Assembly (NCBI GenBank): GCA_003056265.1
Contig: NBVN01000005.1
Location: 1 to 32,000 of the forward strand
Length of the DNA stretch: 32,000 nucleotides
Source of the DNA: Zestosphaera tikiterensis
GTDB lineage: Archaea; Thermoproteota; Thermoprotei_A; Sulfolobales; NBVN01
Reading direction: 5' to 3'
The notes under the pieces are model-generated. The model made no database searches and was not told the DNA's origin. It was given only the letters and a program-made list of their open reading frames with translations. Every line of letters begins with the position of its first letter. Position 1 is the stretch's first letter. A program made the position numbers and the translations under genes. This document shows, piece after piece, positions 1 to 8,420 of this stretch.

Positions 1-329
1 GTTGTTGTTACGGGTACTGTAGTTGTTCTAATTCCGGTGTAGGTAGTTACTGTAGTAGGTATTGCTGTTGTTGTGGTGTAAGTACGCGTAATTGTTGTAG
101 TGACAGGAACGGGTACGGGGATAGGTATTGGCTGAACAACTGTAGTTGTGGTGAACGTAGTAGTTACTGCTGTAGTTGTGTAGGTAGTTGTGTAGTAATA
201 CGTTACTGTGTAGTAGTAATAATAGCCTTGAGCTAAGAGGTTCTCAACAAAAGGGAGTGGGTTACTACCTAACGCTGCTAACGCGATTAAGACGGTTATT
301 ACCGTTAACATCAGTATTGACTTACGCAT
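1..329 (-). CDS. Secreted or surface protein, N-terminal part: signal-peptide-like start followed by a Thr/Tyr/Pro/Val-rich low-complexity region. The ORF runs off the left edge.
   Basis: The reverse complement from ATG at 329-327 reads MRKSILMLTVITVLIALAALGSNPLPFVENLLAQGYYYYYTVTYYYTTTY... with no stop down to position 1. It is absent from the ORF track because it is open at the window edge. Confidence 0.6.
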   Translation of the reverse strand, partial: MRKSILMLTVITVLIALAALGSNPLPFVENLLAQGYYYYYTVTYYYTTTYTTTAVTTTFTTTTVVQPIPIPVPVPVTTTITRTYTTTTAIPTTVTTYTGIRTTTVPVTT

Positions 330-404
330 AACGACCCTCACTAAGTTAATTTTCTCATTATATCTTTATAAACTTTACCATTCATAAAGTTTGGTAGTGA
401 TTGA

Positions 405-2141
405 TTGGATTTAAGCAGTTTAAAACGTTTCGAGGAGGTTGCTTCAACAATTCTTTGGATATCTTTAATCATCGTTGTTAACTACATCGCTTCAGTTTTT
501 GAAGTCCCTACATGGGTTACTGTAGGTAGGGTTACTTATAGGATCACAGCTCAACCGATGGTTGGGGATGTTGATTTAATGATTTCCACATTCCTCACTA
601 TAGCTTCACTCACTCCGTTAATCGTTAAGAAGGTTAAAGACTTAACTTACGTGGCTTTATTAACTGTGTTAACTGTCCTCACGTATATGTACGTGTTTAA
701 ACTTTCGTTGATTTTATACTCTATAACGTTTTCTACGGCGTTAGCCTTAACTTACGTGAGGTTAGGGTTTAAAAAGGTTGTTTACGGCTTGCTTTACGCG
801 GTAGTTGCTTTTCAACTGCCTTCCCTAATATATTACGTCTCGTTAATGTTAGGTTTTAAAGCGGTTTTCTTAGCCGGCGTTTCAAACTTCATGATAAGGT
901 TTCAAGCTTTAACATGGTTTTTAACACCTACCTCTATGGTTGCGTACGTTGTTTTACTAAGCTTAAGTAAGCTTAAAGTCGTTAAACCTAAGGATGGCGT
1001 GGGTGGGGGTTTAAACGGTTTAAGTGATTCGTCGAAACATCCCTTAAGGATTTACTTAATAGTTGGTGTGGTTTTATCTGTTTTAGTTGGTTTAATAACG
1101 TACTTACCTACTGTTAACCCTTACTTAATACCTACGAACGTTGATTGGATACATTACTACAACGCCCTCAATAGGATGGCTAGGTCTGAAGACTACGTTT
1201 CCGAAGCTTTTAAGGCTTGGTACAGTTTCGGAGATAGAGTTGCTTATATGTTACTGACTTACTGGCTTTGGAGGTTTTTAAACGTTGACTTACGTGTTTT
1301 CGCAATATACCATAACGTGTTGTGGTTGCCTCTATACACTTTAAGTCTTTACTACCTAGCTAAGGAGGTCTTAGGTGTTGAGAGGGGTAAGTACGTTCTT
1401 TTAATAGCTCCCTTCACACCTCAAACCCTAAGCTTTCTATACGGTGGTTATCAAGCGGATTTACTGGCCGTTACTTTAATATACTTCTCAATAGCTTTAG
1501 CTTTAAAACCTAAGTTATGGAGGGCTTGCTTAGCTGTAGCTATATCCACATTAGCTTTATTTACTCACGTATGGAGTTGGACTCAATACTTAATCGTTTT
1601 AACCGCGTACCTAATCTTAACCACCCCACTTACTTTAAAACGTAGGTGGAGAGCCTCACTTAATTTAAGGTTTTTACTAACCCTAACTTTAATGACTTCC
1701 GTAGGGGCTGTTATCGAGTTAATCGGTGTTTACAGGCTCCACATATACAGTAGTTTCGACTTACTTAACACAGCTTTAAAACTCTTAAGTAGGTTTAAAC
1801 CAAGTTTAAAGGGTTACTTAAGCAACCTAGACTTCTACTTAAACATCTATACAGGAGGTTCTTTAAACAACCCGATATATTACGTAGCTTCTATAGCTTC
1901 AGCTTTAACCGTAGGTTTTACAAACGATTTAATATCTTTAAACTACTTAAGCTTCCTAGCCATGACTGCTTTAAGCGGGGTTTACGCACATAGAATTTTA
2001 GTTAACACACCTACAGCCCTCGCTTTAACCACTACCTTAAGTTATTTAGAACCTAACGATAGGAAAGCCTTAATCTTATGTTTGATTACGTCATTCTTAA
2101 GTAAGGCTTTAGGCTTCATACCTAACCTACCGTTAAGTTAG
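405..2141 (+). CDS. Polytopic integral membrane protein, possibly a GT-C-type glycosyltransferase or glycan translocase; family not assignable.
   Basis: 578-aa ORF with a TTG start, hydrophobic almost throughout with many TM-like segments (e.g. ILWISLIIVVNYIASVF, IYLIVGVVLSVLVGLITYL). It heads a same-strand glycosylation gene run. I recognised no catalytic motif. Confidence 0.7.
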   Translation: MDLSSLKRFEEVASTILWISLIIVVNYIASVFEVPTWVTVGRVTYRITAQPMVGDVDLMISTFLTIASLTPLIVKKVKDLTYVALLTVLTVLTYMYVFKLSLILYSITFSTALALTYVRLGFKKVVYGLLYAVVAFQLPSLIYYVSLMLGFKAVFLAGVSNFMIRFQALTWFLTPTSMVAYVVLLSLSKLKVVKPKDGVGGGLNGLSDSSKHPLRIYLIVGVVLSVLVGLITYLPTVNPYLIPTNVDWIHYYNALNRMARSEDYVSEAFKAWYSFGDRVAYMLLTYWLWRFLNVDLRVFAIYHNVLWLPLYTLSLYYLAKEVLGVERGKYVLLIAPFTPQTLSFLYGGYQADLLAVTLIYFSIALALKPKLWRACLAVAISTLALFTHVWSWTQYLIVLTAYLILTTPLTLKRRWRASLNLRFLLTLTLMTSVGAVIELIGVYRLHIYSSFDLLNTALKLLSRFKPSLKGYLSNLDFYLNIYTGGSLNNPIYYVASIASALTVGFTNDLISLNYLSFLAMTALSGVYAHRILVNTPTALALTTTLSYLEPNDRKALILCLITSFLSKALGFIPNLPLS

Positions 2142-2205
2142 GTTTTAACTTAAGTTATCAAGCTTTTAAATCCATGGATTAATTAATATACTTGGGTTAT
2201 ATGGT

Positions 2206-2631
2206 TTGAGTTGGTCGGCCCACACACCATTCCTTAACGGTGTGTTAGATCGGGAGGTTCGGGAAACCCTTAAAAACTGTTTAATACCTGATGAAGTTAA
2301 TTCAGATGTTGTTAGGGTTTACGTTGTTAGAGCTTTAAGGAATGGTGTGTGGGTTAGGTTGAGGAGGGAGTGTAGGGCGTTACTTACTGTTTTAAGTAGG
2401 TATGTGAGGTTGAAGGAGTTTAAATCTGAAGTTCTTAAGGATGTTGTTAGGGAGTCTTTACTTGAGATTGAGCTTAACACGTTTAAAGGTAGGGCTCTAT
2501 ACTACGGCTTCATAATTCTTAAGCTTGAGTTTAACTCCTTAATTGATTCACTACGTAACGTCTTAAGTAGGGCTCTATACTTAGGTGTTTCATATTTGAA
2601 TAATCCCCCGCTGTTTAAGTATTTAAGTTGA
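2206..2631 (+). CDS. Hypothetical protein
   Basis: 141-aa ORF with a TTG start, packed between the membrane protein and the GT2 gene in the same orientation. No motif recognised. Confidence 0.45.
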   Translation: MSWSAHTPFLNGVLDREVRETLKNCLIPDEVNSDVVRVYVVRALRNGVWVRLRRECRALLTVLSRYVRLKEFKSEVLKDVVRESLLEIELNTFKGRALYYGFIILKLEFNSLIDSLRNVLSRALYLGVSYLNNPPLFKYLS

Positions 2632-2641
2632 GTTTGAGGTT

Positions 2642-3571
2642 ATGGGTTACTGCGGTCAACCAACTAAAGACTTAGTGACTGTGGTGATCCCTACCTTAAG
2701 GGAGGTTGGTGGGGTAGGTTTAGTTATTGATGAGCTTAAGTCTTTAGGTTTTAAAAACATTTTAGTTGTTGACGGGGGTTCAGACGACGGGACTGTTGAG
2801 GTAGCTGCTTCTAAAGGTGCGAAGGTAGTTCTTCAGGAGGGTGTTGGTAAGGCTGACGCAGTTAAAACTGCGTTGAAGTATGTGTCAACCCCCTATATGT
2901 TGCTTATCGACGGTGACTACAGTTACGACCCGTCGAGAGTTGATTTAATGCTTTCTTTAATGCCTGAATATGATGAGGTTATAGGTGCTAGGTTATTCGG
3001 TAGGGAAAACATACCTTTAATTAATAGGTTTGGTAACTACGTAATTACGAAGGTTTTCAACATATTATTCGGGACTAAACTTAAAGACGTATGCTCTGGT
3101 ATGTGGTTAATTAAAACGGAGGTTCTTAAGGAGGTTTGGTTTGAAAGTAGGGGATTCAGCGTTGAGGTTGAGGTAGCTGCTCACGTAGCCTCAACTTCAA
3201 GAAGGATTACTGAAGTCGGGATAAACTATAGGGAGAGGGTTGGGAAGCCCAAGCTTAGGAAGTATCACGGACTTAAGATTTTATTCGATGCTTTAAGACT
3301 TACTTGGAGGTATAACCCAGCATTACTGATATTCGGTGCTGGCGCGTTAGCTTTAATCCCCGCCTTAGCTATAGTTTCCTGGGTTGCTTACGAGCTGTTA
3401 ATTAACAACGTAAAACATTACGTATGGGCTATATTAGGAGTTACGTTAGGCGGTGTTGGGGTTATCTCCCTACTATTAGCTATGATTGCTTTATATATTA
3501 AGAGATTTGAGTATAGAGTTATCGAGAAGATAGAGAAGCTTAAGAAGAGTTTAAGCGGGAGTAGTTGTTGA
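2642..3571 (+). CDS. GT2-family glycosyltransferase, dolichyl-phosphate hexose synthase-like, with a C-terminal membrane anchor
   Basis: N-terminal GT-A motifs VVIPTLRE, VVDGGSDDGT and LIDGDYSYD (DxD). The C-terminal hydrophobic helices (LLIFGAGALALIPALAIV, ILGVTLGGVGVISLLLAMIALY) are typical of DPM1/AglD/AglJ-like enzymes. Confidence 0.85.
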   Translation: MGYCGQPTKDLVTVVIPTLREVGGVGLVIDELKSLGFKNILVVDGGSDDGTVEVAASKGAKVVLQEGVGKADAVKTALKYVSTPYMLLIDGDYSYDPSRVDLMLSLMPEYDEVIGARLFGRENIPLINRFGNYVITKVFNILFGTKLKDVCSGMWLIKTEVLKEVWFESRGFSVEVEVAAHVASTSRRITEVGINYRERVGKPKLRKYHGLKILFDALRLTWRYNPALLIFGAGALALIPALAIVSWVAYELLINNVKHYVWAILGVTLGGVGVISLLLAMIALYIKRFEYRVIEKIEKLKKSLSGSSC

Positions 3572-3585
3572 GGTGGGGGTTTGAT

Positions 3586-4524
3586 TTGAGGGTTTTAGTT
3601 ACTGGCGGTGTTGGTTTTATAGGTTCGCATGTTGTTGAGGAGCTTGTTAGGGGTGGTTATGAAGTTGTTGTTTTAGATAACCTCAGTAATTCAGATCTTA
3701 GGAATATTGAGGGTTTTTTAGATGAGGTTGTTTTCTTTAAAGGTGATGTTAGGGATTCTGATGTGGTTTCTAAAGCTGTTGAAGGTGTTGATGCTGTTGT
3801 TCATTTAGCTGCTTTAATAGATGCTGTTGAATCTTTCGATAAGCCTCTACTATATCATGAAGTTAACGTTTACGGAACGCACGTGCTTTTGAAGAAATGC
3901 GTTGATTTAGGTGTTTCTAGGTTTATATACGCAAGCACTACAGCGGTTTACGGCGAGCCTGTGAATGTGCCGACGCCTGAGGATGAGTTTTTAAAACCTA
4001 TTAACCCATACGGGCTTACGAAGGCTTTAAGTGAGAAGTTAGTTAAATACTACTCTAGAGCTTACGGTTTGAAAACAACTATATTTAGGTTGTTTAACGT
4101 TTACGGACCTAAGCAATGGAGGAGTAGGTACGCAGGCGTAATAACTAAATTCATCGAGAGGGTCTCGAAGGGTGAGCCACCAATCATATTCGGGGACGGC
4201 GAGCAGGTTAGAGACTTCATATACGTTGAGGACGTAGCTAAAGTATTCATCAAGTCTTTAGAGGAGGGTGTTGACGGCCTGTATAACCTAGGCACGGGAA
4301 GAGGCGTTAAGATTAAAGACTTAGCTGAGTTAGTAATTAAAGCGTTCGGACTTAAAGAATTGAAACCCATACACGCACCCCCAAGACCTGGAGATATTAT
4401 AAGAAGCGTTGCGGACATAACGAAACTTAAGGAGGTATTTAACGTAAAGCTTACAGACCTGGAGGAAGGCATTAGAAAGACTATTGAAGACTATAAAAAC
4501 CACTCTCGAACGAACGGTAGGTAG
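3586..4524 (+). CDS. NAD-dependent nucleotide-sugar epimerase/dehydratase (SDR, GalE-like)
   Basis: Rossmann motif VLVTGGVGFIGSHVV, then ASTTAVYG and the catalytic YGLTK (YxxxK). The track ORF begins at 3565. I prefer the in-frame TTG at 3586 (LRVLVTGG) behind the purine-rich gaggtggggg. The gene overlaps the GT2 stop. Confidence 0.88.
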   Translation: MRVLVTGGVGFIGSHVVEELVRGGYEVVVLDNLSNSDLRNIEGFLDEVVFFKGDVRDSDVVSKAVEGVDAVVHLAALIDAVESFDKPLLYHEVNVYGTHVLLKKCVDLGVSRFIYASTTAVYGEPVNVPTPEDEFLKPINPYGLTKALSEKLVKYYSRAYGLKTTIFRLFNVYGPKQWRSRYAGVITKFIERVSKGEPPIIFGDGEQVRDFIYVEDVAKVFIKSLEEGVDGLYNLGTGRGVKIKDLAELVIKAFGLKELKPIHAPPRPGDIIRSVADITKLKEVFNVKLTDLEEGIRKTIEDYKNHSRTNGR

Positions 4525-4535
4525 GGGGTAGAAAA

Positions 4536-4547
4536 CTTTAAATATTT
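4536..4547 (+). promoter_or_regulatory. TATA-box-like element (ctttaaatattt) upstream of RNA candidate copy 1
   Basis: Archaeal TATA-like A/T octamer in the spacer just after the epimerase stop. No protein gene follows for about 400 nt. Confidence 0.3.
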
Positions 4548-4616
4548 CAAACCGCATCTCTTTGTATTGGATGTGGTATCGAGACGTAGTTGCGTGTTGG
4601 AACCTACTAATAAAAG

Positions 4617-4862
4617 CCTACTTAGGCGATGGGAGCAACGCTCCAAGCCTGGGTAGGTATAACATAGATGGGAGGGTCGTGCCGTTACCCTCGACAGCCG
4701 CCCATGAACCCATAGTGGTGAAGAAACCACTATGGATGAGGTGGAAGTCCCTACCGCAGACACGAAACGCTACAGTTTCAATCAAAATAACACGGTAGGG
4801 ACAAACGGTTAGAAGCGTTAAGTTGTTAAAGCTGTTTAGTAGCTGTAAATCACGGCTTAGAT
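4617..4862 (+). ncRNA. Unclassified structured RNA candidate, copy 1 (about 246 nt)
   Basis: Intergenic, with no credible ORF. Nested helices are 4617-4627/4647-4657 and 4632-4636/4640-4644, then 4668-4672/4701-4705 enclosing 4672-4677/4687-4692. Further helices are 4711-4719/4726-4734 and 4747-4756/4793-4802. A paralog at 30820-31066 has the same length and compensatory changes. Confidence 0.5.
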
Positions 4863-4940
4863 TCTTTCCCTGCGGTATGCGTAGCTTAATCGCTATATAT
4901 CATAACTGCTACCTCCTTAGTAACGTATGCCGTAGTAGCT

Positions 4941-5171
4941 ATGAAGGTTGAGATTTCCCCGCATGCGAGGAGGTGGTTGGCGATGAGGATGATTTCTGAA
5001 GAGCTTGTCTTTAACGGGGTTGTGGATCCGGATAGGGTTTTATTCGATAGGGAAAGCGGGTATTTTATAGCTGTGAAGAAAGTGAATAACATGTTTTTAA
5101 TTATCGCATACCTACTATTTGAGGAAAGGGTTAGAATCGCCGCAACTTTTCAACGTCCGATCCTAACATAG
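4941..5171 (+). CDS. DUF4258-family protein (putative toxin of a DUF4258/DUF2283 pair)
   Basis: 76 aa. The pattern ISPHARRWLAMRMISEELV...YFIAVKK...LIIAY...RVRIAATFQ matches the DUF4258 layout. A DUF2283 gene follows immediately. Confidence 0.65.
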   Translation: MKVEISPHARRWLAMRMISEELVFNGVVDPDRVLFDRESGYFIAVKKVNNMFLIIAYLLFEERVRIAATFQRPILT

Positions 5172-5196
5172 TTGAGAGAAGAGTTGCGAGCGGGAG

Positions 5197-5430
5197 GTGG
5201 GAACCTCTATGAAGGTTGAGTACGATCCTGAGGCGGATATACTGTATATAAGGATAAAGGATGGGAAGATTAAGGAGACTAAAGACCTAGATGAGGATGT
5301 ATGGATAGATGTAAACGATAGAGGAGAGATTGTTGGAATCGAGATTTGGCAAGCGAGAAAACACGTAATACCGGAGATCCTGAAGTTTCTAAAGAAAGGT
5401 AAGGAAGTTAAAGCTTTCATAGAGGCTTAA
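5197..5430 (+). CDS. DUF2283-family protein (putative antitoxin partner)
   Basis: 77 aa. The start MKVEYDPEADILYIRIKDGKI...IVGIEIW is the hallmark DUF2283 motif (YDxExDxLYI). Confidence 0.8.
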   Translation: MGTSMKVEYDPEADILYIRIKDGKIKETKDLDEDVWIDVNDRGEIVGIEIWQARKHVIPEILKFLKKGKEVKAFIEA

Positions 5431-5433
5431 CCC

Positions 5434-5532
5434 TTGGTTAAAGTTAAAGACGTCGCAGATATAACGAAACTTAAGAAGACTGTTGAGGATTACTTAAGGA
5501 AGTTAAACCTTAGGAAATCCGGCAATGCCTGA
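5434..5532 (+). pseudogene. Orphan 3'-end remnant of a GalE-like epimerase gene
   Basis: The frame reads LVKVKDVADITKLKKTVEDYLRKLNLRKSGNA*. Positions 5455-5477 match 4411-4433 of the intact epimerase at 20 of 23 nt (ADITKLK). The remnant stop overlaps the ATG of the next gene (atgcctga), as in a native operon junction. Confidence 0.5.
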
Positions 5533-6049
5533 TTTACTAACTCATTACGCTACTAGCCTATTACTAACTAGTAGGGTTTCTAGGGTTAGATACGCTGTTT
5601 TAACAGCTTTAATAGGTCTTCTACCAGACGTAGACTCCCTATTAAGAATTCACAGGTGGTTTACACACAGCTTAGTAATCACAGCTTTAGCAACGGCGGT
5701 AGCGGCTGTTTTCATGACCTACGTCAACAGTAGGTTACTTAAGTATGTGTTTTTAACATCAGCTATATACACACTACACATACTTCTAGACATGTTTACA
5801 GCATCAACACCTATAGCGTGGCCTTTAACAAGTAAAGCATACATGATATCTATAGAGTTAAACGGAGCCATAGCTAGCGGCGGTTTTAACATATCTTTAA
5901 ACACAGCATTAGTAAACACCACAGCAGACTTCACACCTAAACAGGTAGTGGAGGGACCGATAGTGACGGAGCAAGGAATTATAGTTGCTATCGGCGTTGG
6001 AGCTACGTTAATACTTGAGAAAACATTCTTAAGGAAAAGCAGGGCTTAG
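5525..6049 (+). CDS. Membrane-bound metal-dependent hydrolase-like protein (DUF457/YdjM-like)
   Basis: N-terminus MPDLLTHYATSLLL, then LLPDVDSLLRIHRWFTHSL (His/Asp-rich motifs of DUF457), with several TM segments. Confidence 0.7.
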   Translation: MPDLLTHYATSLLLTSRVSRVRYAVLTALIGLLPDVDSLLRIHRWFTHSLVITALATAVAAVFMTYVNSRLLKYVFLTSAIYTLHILLDMFTASTPIAWPLTSKAYMISIELNGAIASGGFNISLNTALVNTTADFTPKQVVEGPIVTEQGIIVAIGVGATLILEKTFLRKSRA

Positions 6050-6056
6050 AACGGGT

Positions 6057-7175
6057 ATGCCTCCAGAACTTACGGCACTGGATACCGTCGCTTTAGCACT
6101 TGCGTTAATACACTTCACAACACCACTAACATATTATTACTATATGAGGAGGAAATACCTCAATAAGCCATGGGGGCTAAGCATAAACCCGGGTTTCCAG
6201 CCGAGAGTTACCATCATTATTCCAACGTATATGGGTGCTAAATATATTGCTTCAAGGCTTGACAATATTCGTGAACAGAACTATCCTAGTGATAAGGTTG
6301 AGATCATAGTTGTAGATTCCGCATCGTCTGATGGAACTAGAGAAATTGTTGAGAAGTGGATTAAGCAGAACCCGGATGTTAAGGCAATGCTTATTACTGA
6401 GCCGGAAAGACGTGGAAAACTCTCAGCTGTGTTAGAAGGGTTAAAGCATTTATCTAGGGATAGCGAGATAATAGTACTTACAGATGATGACTGCTTATGG
6501 GAGGCCAACGCCTTACAAAGCGTTGTAAAGTACTTTTCGGATCCATCGGTAGGGGTTGTTTCAGGCAGCATTAGGTACCTTAAAAATAAGGGAGTTGATA
6601 ATACATATAGAGAGTTCTATAATAAGATACGTGTTGCCGAGTCAAAATGGTGGTCAACACCAGTACATAACGGGCCTCTGCTAGCTCTTCGGAGAAGTAT
6701 TCTAGATAAGATTGGAATACCGTATTTCCCGGGAGCTGACGACAGTGCTTTTGCTAGCTATATAGCGTTTGCAGGCTATAGGGCAATCCAGGTTGACGAT
6801 GTATGGGTATACGAGCCAGTAGCGGGAAGACAGTATAGGAGGATGGTGCGAAGAGCAACACACCTATTAACCTACTTCACAAGCCTAAAGAAATACGTGA
6901 AGAAGCAGGGCGTATATGTGAAGACGAGATTTGATAGGATATGGCATATAGAAGCGTACTTACATATATTTAATCCGTTTCTCCTAGCAGTAGCCGTAGC
7001 CCTGCTAATAGCCTCAGCAATTATGGGTAGCACCACCGCTATTATACTACTAATTACTGGAGCAATACTTTTAGCAATCAAGCCATACAGAGCATGGATA
7101 CAAAGCCAGTTATACTTACTAATAGCCGCATTCAGATCTCTAGTAGCAAGAGAAGAAGCCTGGAGCAGAAACTAA
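6057..7175 (+). CDS. GT2-family glycosyltransferase with N- and C-terminal TM helices (possibly processive-type)
   Basis: Motifs IIIPTY, VVDSASSDGT, LTDDDC (DxD) and GRQYRRMVRRA (QxxRW-like position). A hydrophobic C-terminal tail is present. Confidence 0.85.
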   Translation: MPPELTALDTVALALALIHFTTPLTYYYYMRRKYLNKPWGLSINPGFQPRVTIIIPTYMGAKYIASRLDNIREQNYPSDKVEIIVVDSASSDGTREIVEKWIKQNPDVKAMLITEPERRGKLSAVLEGLKHLSRDSEIIVLTDDDCLWEANALQSVVKYFSDPSVGVVSGSIRYLKNKGVDNTYREFYNKIRVAESKWWSTPVHNGPLLALRRSILDKIGIPYFPGADDSAFASYIAFAGYRAIQVDDVWVYEPVAGRQYRRMVRRATHLLTYFTSLKKYVKKQGVYVKTRFDRIWHIEAYLHIFNPFLLAVAVALLIASAIMGSTTAIILLITGAILLAIKPYRAWIQSQLYLLIAAFRSLVAREEAWSRN

Positions 7176-7188
7176 TAGGCAGGAAACA

Positions 7189-8400
7189 TTGAGAGTCGCG
7201 GTGTACACCTATTATTCGGCTCCTTGGAAGCTTTCATCCGGGGATGACAATAGAGTTCACTTCATATCTAGAACTCTAGGACAGTGCCTCTCAAAGCACG
7301 GTAGCATCACTGTTTATAATTTAAGCCTCTTATCAGTAGGGGAAAACACCATTATGTTCAAAGACCGCGTGGTATACGTCTCAATGCCAAGATACCTTTA
7401 CAGAGTCTTAGCTAGGATACTTAAGTGGAGGCAACACTACGATCTGAATCCACTGGCTAAACTTACTCATTACGTTGATGAATTTATTATGGCTCTAAAA
7501 CTGAGGGGTGTTACTAGATCATCTATCACTCTATATGTATTCGGCTCTATGAGCCTCTTCTCTTTTTTCATGAGGCTTCTCGGGTGGAAAGGTACCATTA
7601 TATATGATCCGTTGGCCAACTATGTGCAAACGCTATATCTTCGCTCGAGAATAAGCATGAGAGAAATCCTCCGCTACGGCTTATATCTAGCACTACACCG
7701 TTTGCAACTCAAATGCTCCAACTGCGTAGTATATCCCTCTAAACTAGACCTTGAAAACGCGGAGAGAATGTTCAACGTTAGAAACACCGTGGTAATCCCG
7801 AATCCCGTACCAATATGCTTTGAGAGCCACGAGGAATATGAGAAGCTACGTGCATTACGCCGAGGTGATGAAAGACCCTACTTTATACTACTAGCCGGAG
7901 GCAGAAACAAAGCAAACGAAGAAGCTGTAAAGCTAACAATAGATGTATTCAATAAACTACCGCAAGACACCTTCAAGCTCTACATAACAGGGCCTTGGCT
8001 GGACTTAAAGAATCTCGCGGAAAACTCCAGCATTGAACTCTTAGGCGTTATACCTCAATACGAATTAAAGCGGCTTCTGGCCGTATCTGACTACGGCTTA
8101 TCCCCCATATTTAGTCATGCAGCTGGAACTTTTCTAAAGACACTAACGTATGTTACCGCAGGTTTGGACGTGATTGCTACACCCATATCCCTTATCGGAC
8201 TAAGCATTAAGGCTCTAAGAAAGAGATACGGATATAGTGGAAAAATCTATTTGATACATGATAAAGAGGATTACGAGAAGACTTTGAGCGAACTGATCTT
8301 CAATAAAAATTATGAGCGCGGGAGACCAACTATATGTCACTACCTCGAATTAGAGTTGGTCAACACAGTAAGGGAAACCGGGATATTCATAGGAAAATAG
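7189..8400 (+). CDS. GT-B fold (GT4-like) glycosyltransferase, divergent
   Basis: TTG start. MRVAVYTYY... N-terminus, and a C-terminal half with ILLAGG...LYITGP...LLGVIP...GTFLKTLTYVTAGLDVIATP, which resembles the GT4 nucleotide-sugar binding half. Weak assignment. Confidence 0.55.
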   Translation: MRVAVYTYYSAPWKLSSGDDNRVHFISRTLGQCLSKHGSITVYNLSLLSVGENTIMFKDRVVYVSMPRYLYRVLARILKWRQHYDLNPLAKLTHYVDEFIMALKLRGVTRSSITLYVFGSMSLFSFFMRLLGWKGTIIYDPLANYVQTLYLRSRISMREILRYGLYLALHRLQLKCSNCVVYPSKLDLENAERMFNVRNTVVIPNPVPICFESHEEYEKLRALRRGDERPYFILLAGGRNKANEEAVKLTIDVFNKLPQDTFKLYITGPWLDLKNLAENSSIELLGVIPQYELKRLLAVSDYGLSPIFSHAAGTFLKTLTYVTAGLDVIATPISLIGLSIKALRKRYGYSGKIYLIHDKEDYEKTLSELIFNKNYERGRPTICHYLELELVNTVRETGIFIGK

Positions 8401-8420
8401 TTAGGGTTATATTGTACTCG

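Noticed and set aside
4622-4660. Resemblance of AGGCGAUGGGAG to the 5' end of fluoride (crcB) riboswitches
   Set aside because: The rest of the consensus (GGCGA/UCGCC P1 hairpin, downstream CUGAUGA/pseudoknot) is absent, and no fluoride-related gene follows.
4660-4712. tRNA or split-tRNA fragment in the 49-nt identical core
   Set aside because: There is no T-arm (GGTTCRAAT-like) or acceptor/anticodon geometry. The 6-bp stem has a 9-nt loop. I saw no tRNA-like sequence anywhere in the window.
4730-4770. Hammerhead-like words (GGAUGAG ... CGAAAC) in RNA copy 1
   Set aside because: The core requires CUGAUGA. Here the first two positions differ (UGGAUGA), and the flanking stems do not form the three-way junction.
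4491-4798. Track ORFs 4491..4763(-) and 4562..4798(+) overlapping RNA copy 1, and 30659..30868(-) overlapping copy 2
   Set aside because: The ORFs are mutually antisense, with odd composition. The paralogous copy does not preserve any of these frames, since stops and lengths differ, whereas base-pairing is preserved. I treat them as non-coding.
4733-4815. RNase P RNA-like words in the RNA paralogs (GAGGUGGAAGUCC resembling CR-I GAGGAAAGUCC; ACAAACGGUUA resembling CR-V)
   Set aside because: The GUCC segment pairs locally with GGGAC, not with the downstream GGUUA as P4 would require. I found no P1/P2 closing helices. Two diverged copies in 26 kb are not expected for RNase P. It is worth a cmscan but not supportable by eye.
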